Origin: an uncultured archaeon
Lineage (GTDB): Archaea > Asgardarchaeota > Lokiarchaeia > Sigyniarchaeales > SOKP01
DNA length: 32,504 nucleotides
Assembly (NCBI GenBank): GCA_964388035.1
Contig: CAYLZE010000051.1
Coordinates: 1-32,504, forward strand
Direction of reading: 5' to 3'
A program made the position numbers and the translations under genes. Positions 8,520 through 18,116 of the stretch are shown here, piece after piece (position 1 is the first letter of the stretch; each line of letters begins with the position of its first letter). The notes below the pieces were generated by a model that was not told where the DNA came from, did not search any database, and saw only the letters and a program-made list of their open reading frames with translations.

Positions 8520-9932
8520 ATGAGTGAGAATGTTAATGAAATGAAAGATGCTAATGAAGAAGTCGTATTTAAGAAACATTCAACAAAAGATATGATTTCT
8601 TATTGCATAAATATCATGGCTATTCAAATAATTTCAGTTATTTTCGTGACTCGGCTTTTTATATTTTATGAAACTAATGTAGGATTATCCATTGGGTTAA
8701 TTGGTTTGGGATATTCAATTTATACCATTTGGGACGCATTTAATGAACCATTTTCAGGTTATCTATCTGATAGGCCCAATCGCTTATGGAAAAGATGGGG
8801 AAAGCGATTTCCGTGGATTGTCTTCTCGGCAATCCCGATCTCTATAAGTTTTTTTTTAATTTTTATCCCTCCCGATCCAGCAATTAGCGAAATTGCCACG
8901 TTTCTCTGGTTCTTAATCATATTATGTGTTTATGATGGTATTTACTCTATCTGGAATTTAAATTTCCTTGCTTTATTGCCAGATAAGTATCGTTCAGAAA
9001 AAGAACGCACGAAAGTAAGCGGCCTGAGGGTTCCTTTTCACGTTGGAGGATTATTAATTGGGTTAATCTTACCCCCTCTTATCATAGAATATGGAAATCA
9101 AGCCTCTTACATTACCATGGCACTTGTAGTTACTATTTTATTAGTAGTTCTTACAATAGTATCTATTCCTGGCTTGCGTGAAGATGAGGAAATGAGAAAA
9201 AGAACACTCGAAACCATAAAAACCAAACACGAACCCTTTTTTAAAAGTCTAAGAAACTCATTTAAACACAAGAACTTCAGAATATGGGTTATTGCAGGTA
9301 TCATGGCATTTGCATGGGATGCACTCTTAGTATCTGCAATACCTTATTACGTGCAATATGTATTGAGACTCGATGCGGAAGTGGAAATCTTTCTTTATCT
9401 ACCATATTTATTTGCTGGAATCATATTCATTCCATTATGGACAAAATTATGTAACAAATATGGTCATTGGAAAATATATAAGATAGGCCTCCTCATTAGA
9501 CCGCTTACCTTTATTCCAATACTTTTTATTTCTGATTTAGGCCCATCAATTATTTTTGTATTCATAATGGGAGCTGCTATTGGAGGTACGAATATTGCTC
9601 TTCAGCCCGTTCAAGGAGATTTGATGGATGAAGCAGCACTCCTCCATGGCGATCGACATGAAGGAAGATATTTTGGTATCTATACATTTGTAGCTAAAGC
9701 TGGCAATTTTATACAAGTTATAGTGATCGTATTATTACACACGTTAACTAATTTTAATCCAACACCTGGAGCGGTTCAGACGCCACTAGCAATTTTAGGT
9801 ATCCGATTCCATTTGGCATTAGCACCTTTAATTCTAATGTCAATAGAAGCCTTCATTTTCATTAAGTGGTGGGATTTAATTCCAGAAAAGACTGCGGAAA
9901 TTCAAGTTAAAATACAAGAGCTCAAATTATGA
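8520..9932 (+). CDS. MFS transporter, GPH/MelB (glycoside-pentoside-hexuronide:cation symporter) family
   Basis: About 12 TM; WDAFNEPFSGYLSDR, WGKRFPW and RHEGRYFG motifs. GGTGA SD at 8509-8513. Confidence 0.88.
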   Translation: MSENVNEMKDANEEVVFKKHSTKDMISYCINIMAIQIISVIFVTRLFIFYETNVGLSIGLIGLGYSIYTIWDAFNEPFSGYLSDRPNRLWKRWGKRFPWIVFSAIPISISFFLIFIPPDPAISEIATFLWFLIILCVYDGIYSIWNLNFLALLPDKYRSEKERTKVSGLRVPFHVGGLLIGLILPPLIIEYGNQASYITMALVVTILLVVLTIVSIPGLREDEEMRKRTLETIKTKHEPFFKSLRNSFKHKNFRIWVIAGIMAFAWDALLVSAIPYYVQYVLRLDAEVEIFLYLPYLFAGIIFIPLWTKLCNKYGHWKIYKIGLLIRPLTFIPILFISDLGPSIIFVFIMGAAIGGTNIALQPVQGDLMDEAALLHGDRHEGRYFGIYTFVAKAGNFIQVIVIVLLHTLTNFNPTPGAVQTPLAILGIRFHLALAPLILMSIEAFIFIKWWDLIPEKTAEIQVKIQELKL

Positions 9933-10012
9933 AATCCAAGTAAATTAATTATCATTTTTTTTTTAAAAATCAAAATAGAAATAATTGAATTAAAAAAGTA
10001 CTGAATTTTATC

Positions 10013-11389
10013 ATGGAATTTTGGAAAACAATAAATATAAAACAAATTTTAAATAAAGTTCCCGATTACACGGAATTCTTATCCATTGAAGAATTAGACA
10101 ATTCAAGTATGAAACTTGCGGATGCCTATGAAAATGTTAGCCTTTTTGAGATAGGAAAATCAAAAGAGGGAAGAATCATAAATTGTTTAAAAATTGGAGA
10201 AGGAAATAAAAATATTTTATTTTTTGGATTTCCTCATCCAAATGAGCCAATAGGTTCCTTAACCGTAGAATTCTTATCCCAATATTTGGCTGAAACTCCT
10301 GAATTTACAAGGGAATCAGGATATACATGGTTTCTTGTTAAGGCTATAGATATGGATGGAGCAAAATTGAATGAAGGATGGTTTAAAGGGAATTTTGATC
10401 CTTTAAAAAGGGCCAAGAACTATTATAGACCTCCTTTTCATGAACAAGTGGAATGGACTTTTCCTGTTGAGTATAAAAAACTTAAATTCGATTCCCCAAT
10501 CCCAGCCACACAAGCACTCATGAAATTAATGAAAGAAATAAAGCCTTATTTTCTCTACAGTTTACATAATGCAGGATTTTGTGGTGTCTATTTTTATGTC
10601 TCTCAAGATAATAGACAAATGTGCTTAGAACTTCAAGATTTAGTCAGAACTGAAAACTTACCATTGCATCAAGGAGAGCCAGAAATGGAGTTCAGTAAGC
10701 AATTATATCCTGCTATTTATCAACAATTTACAATTCAAGCGATATACGACTACTATGAAAGTCAAGGATACAATTTAAATGAATTCACGAAGATAGGTGC
10801 TGGTTCTAATGATTACCTTCAAGAAATCGCTGGAAGTGACAATTTTTCCTTAATATGTGAAATGCCCTACATATATGATAAAGCTCTTGAAAATTCGAAT
10901 CCATCAGAATATAATAGGAGGGAGATTATTGTAGAAGAAGGGAAAGTTCGGAAGAGATTTTTCTCCAACATGAAAAAGATATTCAAGCAAATTCAACCTT
11001 ACTGCAACAAGGATAGTAGATTATATTCTACTGTAAATGCGACCATGAACTTATATAAAACACAATTAAATCTCCAATTAGGTTTAGCTAAAACTTCCCC
11101 CGAATATGATCGCATGGCAACAATTGCAGAAGCATTTGATTCTAAATATGCTTCAAAATACTTTGATTTGAACACTTTTTCACAATTAGGGAGATTATGT
11201 GAAGAGTCATATAGATTACATCCAAATCATCCCGAATTAAGGAATTATCAGAAACAAGTAGAAGATAAAGTAGAACACCGAATGAAAAGTTTAATGAGTA
11301 AGGTTAACCTTGAAGTGATCCCTATAAGGAAACTTGTTAGAGTACAGGTCGGTAGTGGGTTGATAGCATTAAAATACATATCCAGCTAA
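10013..11389 (+). CDS. M14 family zinc carboxypeptidase-like protein
   Basis: IGKSKEGR, HPNE (HxxE zinc motif), DMDGA, SLHN (third ligand) and CEMP. Confidence 0.8.
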   Translation: MEFWKTINIKQILNKVPDYTEFLSIEELDNSSMKLADAYENVSLFEIGKSKEGRIINCLKIGEGNKNILFFGFPHPNEPIGSLTVEFLSQYLAETPEFTRESGYTWFLVKAIDMDGAKLNEGWFKGNFDPLKRAKNYYRPPFHEQVEWTFPVEYKKLKFDSPIPATQALMKLMKEIKPYFLYSLHNAGFCGVYFYVSQDNRQMCLELQDLVRTENLPLHQGEPEMEFSKQLYPAIYQQFTIQAIYDYYESQGYNLNEFTKIGAGSNDYLQEIAGSDNFSLICEMPYIYDKALENSNPSEYNRREIIVEEGKVRKRFFSNMKKIFKQIQPYCNKDSRLYSTVNATMNLYKTQLNLQLGLAKTSPEYDRMATIAEAFDSKYASKYFDLNTFSQLGRLCEESYRLHPNHPELRNYQKQVEDKVEHRMKSLMSKVNLEVIPIRKLVRVQVGSGLIALKYISS

Positions 11390-11473
11390 ATTTTTTTCGA
11401 AAGTATGAAATACATTCTTTTTTTATATAGTTTATTCCATATGGTTTGTTATATTTATTTTTGAGTGATATAA

Positions 11474-12634
11474 TTGAGAATGAGAGTAAATGAATCGCAA
11501 TTATTAACCGTTTTAAAAAATCTTATCAAGATTGAATCGATAAATCCTACTTTAGCAAAGGAAGGAAGTGGAGAAGCAGCAATAGCTTACTACATCGGAG
11601 ACTATTTGAAAGATTTAGGTCTCGATGTGAAGTTTCAAAAAATCGCAGAAAATAGACCAAACACGATAGGGATTTTAAAGGGTAAAGGCAATGGAAGATC
11701 ATTACTTTTAAATGGGCATACTGACACGGTCAGCGTATCTAGCATGAAGATTGAGCCTTTTAATCCGTTATTTAAAGCGGGAAAAGTATATGGGAGAGGT
11801 GCCTCTGATATGAAATGTGGTCTCGCAATGATGATAATGGCTGCTCAGACCATTTTTCAAAATGATCTTGAATTAAAAGGAAATCTCTTAATGGCTTACG
11901 TTGCGGATGAAGAATATGCCAGTCTAGGAACAGAGGAATTGGTAAAGGAATACACGGCGGAAGGTGGAATTGTGTGTGAGCCATCAAATATGAATATCAT
12001 TATCGCCCATAAAGGATTCGCATGGATTAAGGTTAATGTTCATGGCAAATCGGCTCATGGAAGTCTTAAAGATTTTGGAGTGGATGCGATTGTAAAAGCA
12101 GGTAAATTTTTAGCTAAGATTGAAGAATTAGAACAGTTATCTCTCTCTCAGAAAAAGCATGAATTATTGGGATCTCCATCCATTCATGCTTCACTAATTA
12201 ATGGAGGAATTGAATTAAGCACCTACCCCGATGAATGTAAGATCGAATTAGAACGCAGGAATCTGCCAGGGGAGACACCAAAGATAATCTCAAACGAAAT
12301 ACAATCGTTAATCGATAATATACACGAAAATGATGATAAATTCCAAGCAGAACAAGAAATTTTCTTCTATAGATCTCCATTAGAAATTTCAAAAGATGAA
12401 AAGATTGTTAAATCATTAGAAAAGTCGTGTAGAGAATTAGATATCAAGCCATCCTATGGAGGATTTGCAGGGTGGACGGATGCAGCATTGATGAATGACG
12501 CTGGAACGCCTACGGTGATCTTTGGTCCTAAAGGAACGGGTAACCATGGAGACATTGAATTTGTGAATTTTAAATCTGTAATTAAATCAACAGAAATCTT
12601 GATTAATACCATTATTGATTTTTGTAATCATTAA
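11474..12634 (+). CDS. M20A ArgE/DapE family deacylase (acetylornithine deacetylase-like)
   Basis: LNGHTDTV, YGRGASDMKCG, ADEE, CEP, GKSAHG, WTDA and FGP..GNH..E motifs. Start is TTG 11474 or ATG 11480. Confidence 0.9.
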   Translation: MRMRVNESQLLTVLKNLIKIESINPTLAKEGSGEAAIAYYIGDYLKDLGLDVKFQKIAENRPNTIGILKGKGNGRSLLLNGHTDTVSVSSMKIEPFNPLFKAGKVYGRGASDMKCGLAMMIMAAQTIFQNDLELKGNLLMAYVADEEYASLGTEELVKEYTAEGGIVCEPSNMNIIIAHKGFAWIKVNVHGKSAHGSLKDFGVDAIVKAGKFLAKIEELEQLSLSQKKHELLGSPSIHASLINGGIELSTYPDECKIELERRNLPGETPKIISNEIQSLIDNIHENDDKFQAEQEIFFYRSPLEISKDEKIVKSLEKSCRELDIKPSYGGFAGWTDAALMNDAGTPTVIFGPKGTGNHGDIEFVNFKSVIKSTEILINTIIDFCNH

Positions 12635-12696
12635 TTAATATAAAAATATAATTTTTAAATTTAAATTATCGAATTAACATTAGATCATGAACTTGA

Positions 12697-14181
12697 ATGA
12701 TGATTGATTTAAGCATCAAAGAAAAACAATTAGAAGCTACTATAGAAAGATTAAGGCAGAGAAATATCATATTGCCTACTTTCGAACAAATGAAAAATCC
12801 AAACAAGAATATACCTTTGAAGATTAAAGAAGAGTTAGCAAAAATCGGATTATGGGAAGTTCATAGTCGGAATTTATTTAGAATAAATTGGAAAAACGAA
12901 CCCGTTGAGAATGGGGGCGGGTTTCGAGACTTGCCAAATTATCTCGAGCTTCCCTCAGAGTTGACAGGCGTGAAAGCAAGGATAATCGCTCTAATTGGAA
13001 AATGGTTTCCGACAGGTTCTCATAAAGTGGGGGCCACCTATGGTTGTCTTGTTCCCAAATTGATCTCGGGACAATTTAATCCCGTGTCCCAAAAGGCGGT
13101 TTGGCCCTCGACTGGGAACTATTGTAGGGGAGGAGCTTATAATGCAACACTTTTAGCCTGCGAAAGCATCGCCATCCTTCCCGAAGGCATGAGTAAGGAA
13201 CGGTTTGAATGGTTAAAAACAGTGGCGGGAGAAATTATAGCGACTCCCGGTACGGAAAGCAATGTTAAAGAAATTTATGATAAATGTCATGAATTAATGG
13301 CAAGTCCTCGAGGGCAGATGGGGGAGATAGTGATTTTTAATCAATTTGAAGAATTTGGTAATCATTTATGGCATTACGAAGTTACAGGGCATGCGATGGA
13401 GGAAATACTGAATAAGGAATTGAAAAAGGCTCGATTTCGAGGAATCGCTATAACAACGGGTTCTGCGGGAACTATTGGATGTGGAGATTATCTAAAAGAG
13501 AAATTTCCTGCTTCTAAAATTGCTGCTGGTGAGGCCTTGCAATGTCCTACCTTACTATTGAATGGGTATGGCGCACATCGGATAGAAGGAATCGGAGATA
13601 AACACGTGCCTTGGATACATAATGTTAAAAACACGGATATGGTCATTGCGATTGATGATAATGATACAATGGCTATTGCAAGGCTTTTTAATGAATCTCA
13701 AGGACAAAAATATCTGGAAAAATTGGGAGTTTCTAAAGAATTAATAAACAAGCTAAATCTGCTCGGAATTTCAAGCATAGCAAACATGCTCATGGCTTGT
13801 AAAATGGCAAAATATTATGAAATGGATGAAAATGATGTTATTCTTACCATCTTTACCGATTCCATGGATTTATATCAATCTCGCCTTCAAGAAATGAGAC
13901 AACAATACGGAGAATACACGGAATTAGATGCAGTCCGAGATTATCACGTATCTCTATTGGGGCAAAAAACTGATAATATGGCTGAATTGAATTATTTACA
14001 ACGTCGCAGAATCCACAATCTAAAATATTATACGTGGATTGAACAACAAGGAAAAACCTTAAAAGAATTGGACGATCAATGGTATGATAATAACAAGTAT
14101 TGGTCATTAAGAAAATCAACTATAACCCAAATTGATAAGTTAATCAAAGAGGTTAATGAAAGAGTAGGATTAATAAGCTGA
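12697..14181 (+). CDS. Fold-type II PLP-dependent enzyme (cysteine synthase/tryptophan synthase beta superfamily), substrate unknown
   Basis: PTGSHKVG (Schiff-base Lys), PSTGNY, NQF, TTGSAGT phosphate loop and HRIEGIG. At 494 aa it has long terminal extensions relative to CysK. Confidence 0.85.
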   Translation: MMIDLSIKEKQLEATIERLRQRNIILPTFEQMKNPNKNIPLKIKEELAKIGLWEVHSRNLFRINWKNEPVENGGGFRDLPNYLELPSELTGVKARIIALIGKWFPTGSHKVGATYGCLVPKLISGQFNPVSQKAVWPSTGNYCRGGAYNATLLACESIAILPEGMSKERFEWLKTVAGEIIATPGTESNVKEIYDKCHELMASPRGQMGEIVIFNQFEEFGNHLWHYEVTGHAMEEILNKELKKARFRGIAITTGSAGTIGCGDYLKEKFPASKIAAGEALQCPTLLLNGYGAHRIEGIGDKHVPWIHNVKNTDMVIAIDDNDTMAIARLFNESQGQKYLEKLGVSKELINKLNLLGISSIANMLMACKMAKYYEMDENDVILTIFTDSMDLYQSRLQEMRQQYGEYTELDAVRDYHVSLLGQKTDNMAELNYLQRRRIHNLKYYTWIEQQGKTLKELDDQWYDNNKYWSLRKSTITQIDKLIKEVNERVGLIS

Positions 14182-14222
14182 AATAATGAAAAAAATCAAA
14201 AAGAAAGAATTTTTACGCTTCT

Positions 14223-15227
14223 TTATTTTTGGAATATTTTATATATGAATTCTTTTATTTTTTCTATAGCTCTCTTGCTATCCTCCAAATCATACCCAAA
14301 ACTTTGAAATACATGCGTCATACCATCCCAAACCTCTATGACCACGTCTACTCCAGCTGCTTTAGCCCGCTCTGCTAATGTAATGGAATCATCGAGCAGA
14401 ACTTCAATGCCTCCCGCTTGAATTAATAAAGGAGGAAGTCCGCTCAAATCGGCAAGGATGGGAGAGGCTAAGGGATTTTTTTTGTTTTTAGGCCCGACTA
14501 AATAAATGCTTGCCATGGCTCTCAGCGTGGTTGCTAGTTCTGGTTCATATTTCGCATTCTCCTTGAGTGATTTCCCTTTACACGTTAAATCTACCCATGG
14601 GGATAATAATACAGCGCCGGCTGGCATTGGCAACTTTAATTCCTTAATTTTTAATAACGTAGAAACGGATAATCCTCCACCAGCAGAATCTCCTCCGATT
14701 ATCACCTTATTTGGTTTGATTCCCGTGGATAATAGCCATTTATATGCCTTAATAGAATCTTCGATTGCTGCTGGAAAAGGATGTTCCGGAGCTAAACGAT
14801 ATTGGGGTTGAAAACAACGCATTTTAGTTGCCCGCCCTAATAAGAGCGGAATCCGTCTTCTTGTTTCGAGAGTGCCCATTAGATATCCTCCCCCAAACAA
14901 GTAAAAAATAACTTCCTCTTCGGAAACATTGGGATTTATTATCCATTCTGCGGGAATACCATCGGCGTCCACTCTTTCATAATTTACATCCTTAGGGAGC
15001 CTTTTAAATCCATCCAAAGCGGTATAATCTGATATGTATCTTGCTAATTCAATGATGGAACTCCAATCTCCTCTTCTGTTGATCGCATCATCAATTGGAA
15101 TACCCTTCTTTTCAGCAAAGACCCTTGCTGCTTCTTCGCTCAAATCACTATCTCTTTGTAATAATGCTGCTAACTCAGGATGAATTTTTGAAATTTCTAT
15201 AATTGCAGAATTCCCCTTAACTGCCAT
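14223..15227 (-). CDS. Alpha/beta hydrolase, HSL (family IV) esterase/acetyl-hydrolase
   Basis: FGGGY (HGGG variant), YRLAPEHPFPAA, GDSAGG nucleophile elbow, SPW, EVLLDD and MTHVF. Confidence 0.92.
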   Translation of the reverse strand: MAVKGNSAIIEISKIHPELAALLQRDSDLSEEAARVFAEKKGIPIDDAINRRGDWSSIIELARYISDYTALDGFKRLPKDVNYERVDADGIPAEWIINPNVSEEEVIFYLFGGGYLMGTLETRRRIPLLLGRATKMRCFQPQYRLAPEHPFPAAIEDSIKAYKWLLSTGIKPNKVIIGGDSAGGGLSVSTLLKIKELKLPMPAGAVLLSPWVDLTCKGKSLKENAKYEPELATTLRAMASIYLVGPKNKKNPLASPILADLSGLPPLLIQAGGIEVLLDDSITLAERAKAAGVDVVIEVWDGMTHVFQSFGYDLEDSKRAIEKIKEFIYKIFQK

Positions 15228-15258
15228 TCTTTTTACTCCAATTTTTTTTAAAATTTAA

Positions 15259-15273
15259 TTGTAATTTTTACAA
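15259..15273. promoter_or_regulatory. Palindrome TTGTAA-N3-TTACAA upstream of the intact hydrolase
   Basis: Perfect 6-3-6 inverted repeat about 32 nt upstream of ATG 15227; retained upstream of the paralog. Confidence 0.4.
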
Positions 15274-15381
15274 TAAAAACTAATAATTTTTAAATTAGAT
15301 TAATTCTCCATTCTTTTTATTTAATTGCTTTTATTTGCTGTTAAAATCAAAAAATATGAAGAATGTAAAAAAAAAGCCTCT

Positions 15382-16386
15382 TTATTTTTGAAATAAATTA
15401 TAGATGAAATTTTTAACATTTTCTATAGCTCTCTTACTATCCTCTAATTGATCTCCATAAATTTGAAACCCGTGCGTCATTCCATCCCATACTTCAATAG
15501 TCACGTCTACTCCTGCTGCTTTCGCTCGTTCTGCTAATCTAATAGAATCATCGAGTAAGACTTCAATCCCTCCCACTTGAATAAATAAAGGAGGAAGACC
15601 ACTTAATTCGGCAAAGATAGGAGAAACTCAAAGATTTTTTTTGTTTTTGGGCCTTGCCGAATAAAAACTTGCCATTACTCTTAGCGTATTCGCAAGTATT
15701 GGTTCATATTTTGCATTTTCTTTGATTGATTGTCCTTTACAAGTTAAATCCACCCATAGAGATAATAATATTGCTCCAGCGGGCATTGGTAGCTCTAGCT
15801 CTTTGATTCTTAATAGTGTAGCTATGGATAATCCCCCACCCGAAGAACCTCCTCCGATTATTATTTTATTTGGCTTAACTCCCATGGATAATAACCATTT
15901 GTAAGCCTTAAGAGAATCTTCTATTGCTGCCGGAAAAGGATGTTCCGGAGCTAAACGATGTTGAGGCTGAAAACAACGCATTTTAGTTGCTCGGCTTAAT
16001 AAAAGCGGAATTTTTCTTCTCATTTCAAGCGTGCCCACCATATATCCTCCCCCAAACAGGAAAAGAATAATCTCCTCTTCGGAAACGCTGGAGTCTCCCA
16101 CCTATTCAACAGGAATACCATTGGCGTCCACTCTTTCGTACTTTACATCTTTAGGGAGCTTTTTAAATTCTTCCAAAGCAGTATATTCTGATATAAGTCT
16201 TGATAATTCAATGATTGAATTCCCATCTCCTTTTGTATAAATCTCGTCACCATAGGGAATGCCTTGTTCCTCAGTAATGATTCTTGCAGCTTCCTAACTT
16301 GAATCAGTGCTTCTTTGTAAACAAATAGCCAAATCAGGATTAATTTTCGATATTTCTAAAATTGCAGAATTCTCCTTAATAGCCAT
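15382..16386 (-). pseudogene. Tandem paralog of the HSL hydrolase, broken by three in-frame stops
   Basis: One 1005-nt frame from ATG 16386, the same length as 14223..15227. Stops are TAG 16296-16294, TAG 16104-16102 and TGA 15630-15628. GDSAG has become GGSSG and SPW has become SLW. Confidence 0.9.
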
Positions 16387-16420
16387 TCTCTTCTTACTAC
16401 TATTTTCTTTTAAAATTTAA

Positions 16421-16435
16421 TTGTAATTATTACAA
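16421..16435. promoter_or_regulatory. Palindrome TTGTAAT-T-ATTACAA upstream of the hydrolase pseudogene
   Basis: Perfect 7-1-7 inverted repeat in the 57-nt gap between the racemase stop and the hydrolase ATG. Confidence 0.4.
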
Positions 16436-16443
16436 AATTTTTT

Positions 16444-17139
16444 TTATCCGTTAAGGGCAAATTCAACAGCCTTTCTAGCGTGGATTTCTGTGGTAGAAAA
16501 CACGGGGATGTCAACATGTTCTTGCTTTATTAATAATGGTATTTCTGTACATCCCAATACAATTCCCTCTGCTCCTCTTTTTTTTAGGTTCTCGATAATA
16601 TGAAGAAATACTTCTCTTGAAGAATCCTTAATTCTTCCCATTACTAATTCTTTAAAAATTACTTCATTCACCTTTTTTCTCTCTTCAACATCGGGAATGA
16701 TTACTTCCAGTCCGTACTTATCCTTCATTCTCTCTTTATAAAAATCTTCTTCCATTGTAAATTTAGATCCAAGGAGACCCACTTTTTTAAATCCTTTTTC
16801 TATGATTTTCTCAGCAGCTGCATCCGCAATATGTAAAAATGGGATTTTTATTTCCCTTTCTATATTATTAGCAATTTTGTGTACTGTATTGCAACAGATA
16901 AGAAGCATGGCTGCACCCCCCTTTTCTAAATTTTGTGCGGCATGTACTAATATTGAAGATATTTCATTCCATTCTTTCCTATTCAAAAGATCTTCGATAT
17001 GACCGCCATCTACTGTATACATTAAGCTTTCCGCACAATGTAAGCCGCCTTTAATTTCCATTAGTGTTTCATTTATAATTTTATAATATTCAGCGGAAGC
17101 ATACCAAGACATTCCCCCAATTAAACCAATTGTTTTCAT
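16444..17139 (-). CDS. PLP-independent aspartate/glutamate racemase family protein (YgeA/RacX-like amino-acid racemase)
   Basis: MKTIGLIGGMSW N-terminus; both catalytic cysteine motifs (CCNTVH and LGCTEIP) are present. Confidence 0.92.
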   Translation of the reverse strand: MKTIGLIGGMSWYASAEYYKIINETLMEIKGGLHCAESLMYTVDGGHIEDLLNRKEWNEISSILVHAAQNLEKGGAAMLLICCNTVHKIANNIEREIKIPFLHIADAAAEKIIEKGFKKVGLLGSKFTMEEDFYKERMKDKYGLEVIIPDVEERKKVNEVIFKELVMGRIKDSSREVFLHIIENLKKRGAEGIVLGCTEIPLLIKQEHVDIPVFSTTEIHARKAVEFALNG

Positions 17140-17734
17140 ATCAATACCTACGTTTAAGTAAGTTATTATTTTTCTTTTAAAATGAAATAATTATTAGAAA
17201 TATTTAGTGTTTATCCAATTGATATTAAATTTTCTTATATATCAAATCTAATCTTTCCAAATTACCTAAAAACACTGGTGTTATTCTTTCCGTGATATTC
17301 GTTCCTACTCTTGTAGTGAGTGAAGGGCAGATTTTTTAACTAATTGATGAGATAAATAACATTTAATTGATCCAAAATGTAATATTAATGCTATTATTAG
17401 GAATTTACTTGAAGTGAATTGATTTGGTATTGGATATTATGAGCAAATGCTGAAATAATAGCAATTACAATGAGATCAAGCCCAATATTACCCAGAATAT
17501 ATAAAAAAGTTATCATATTTATTTCATTAAAGAACAAGATGAAAGACCATCCGTTGAAATAATAACTTTTCTAATGATTATATATTTTTTATTTTAGCAA
17601 TTTATTTACGATTTAACCTGGGAATTGAGGTTAATTTAATTCAAGTTGATCAAAATATAATCACAATAACTTTATCTTTATCTCTATTTTTAAAATATTG
17701 TTAACTATTTTTATTCATTTAATAAAAAAATATC

Positions 17735-18043
17735 ATGTCATTTACAATTAAAGCACGAATAATAGGTTATTATAAAGATGACTTAAATTTTGACTATGAA
17801 GATGGAAGTTTTGAATGGTTTGACTCAACTAAATTAAGGATTATCGAACCTCCGCATATGAAGGATAAAGAATTTTATATTTTTCATAACTCATTGAATA
17901 AGATTGAAGATACTTGGACTCTAACTGGCGTTACACTCCTTATTACATTTAAAGAAGGATTTTTTGAGAAATGGGATGACATTTTTTCATCACATACTTT
18001 TATTTTTACAAATGCAATAAACTTTAAATTCTTAGATAATTAG
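17735..18043 (+). CDS. Hypothetical protein (102 aa)
   Basis: ATG-start ORF filling an otherwise empty gap; aromatic- and beta-strand-rich; no recognisable motif. Confidence 0.55.
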   Translation: MSFTIKARIIGYYKDDLNFDYEDGSFEWFDSTKLRIIEPPHMKDKEFYIFHNSLNKIEDTWTLTGVTLLITFKEGFFEKWDDIFSSHTFIFTNAINFKFLDN

Positions 18044-18116
18044 CTGTTTTAGAATATTATTATTATAGATAACTTAGTATTATAAAAACTATAAAAAGAA
18101 ATTAAAAAAAATAAAA

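Noticed and set aside
15382-16386. Pyrrolysine/selenocysteine read-through of the hydrolase paralog
   Set aside because: The stops fall at E, W and L positions of the intact copy, each reachable by one substitution from a codon for that residue, and conserved motifs are also damaged. TAG is a true stop here (29779-29781 aligns with TAA in the paralog), and so is TGA.
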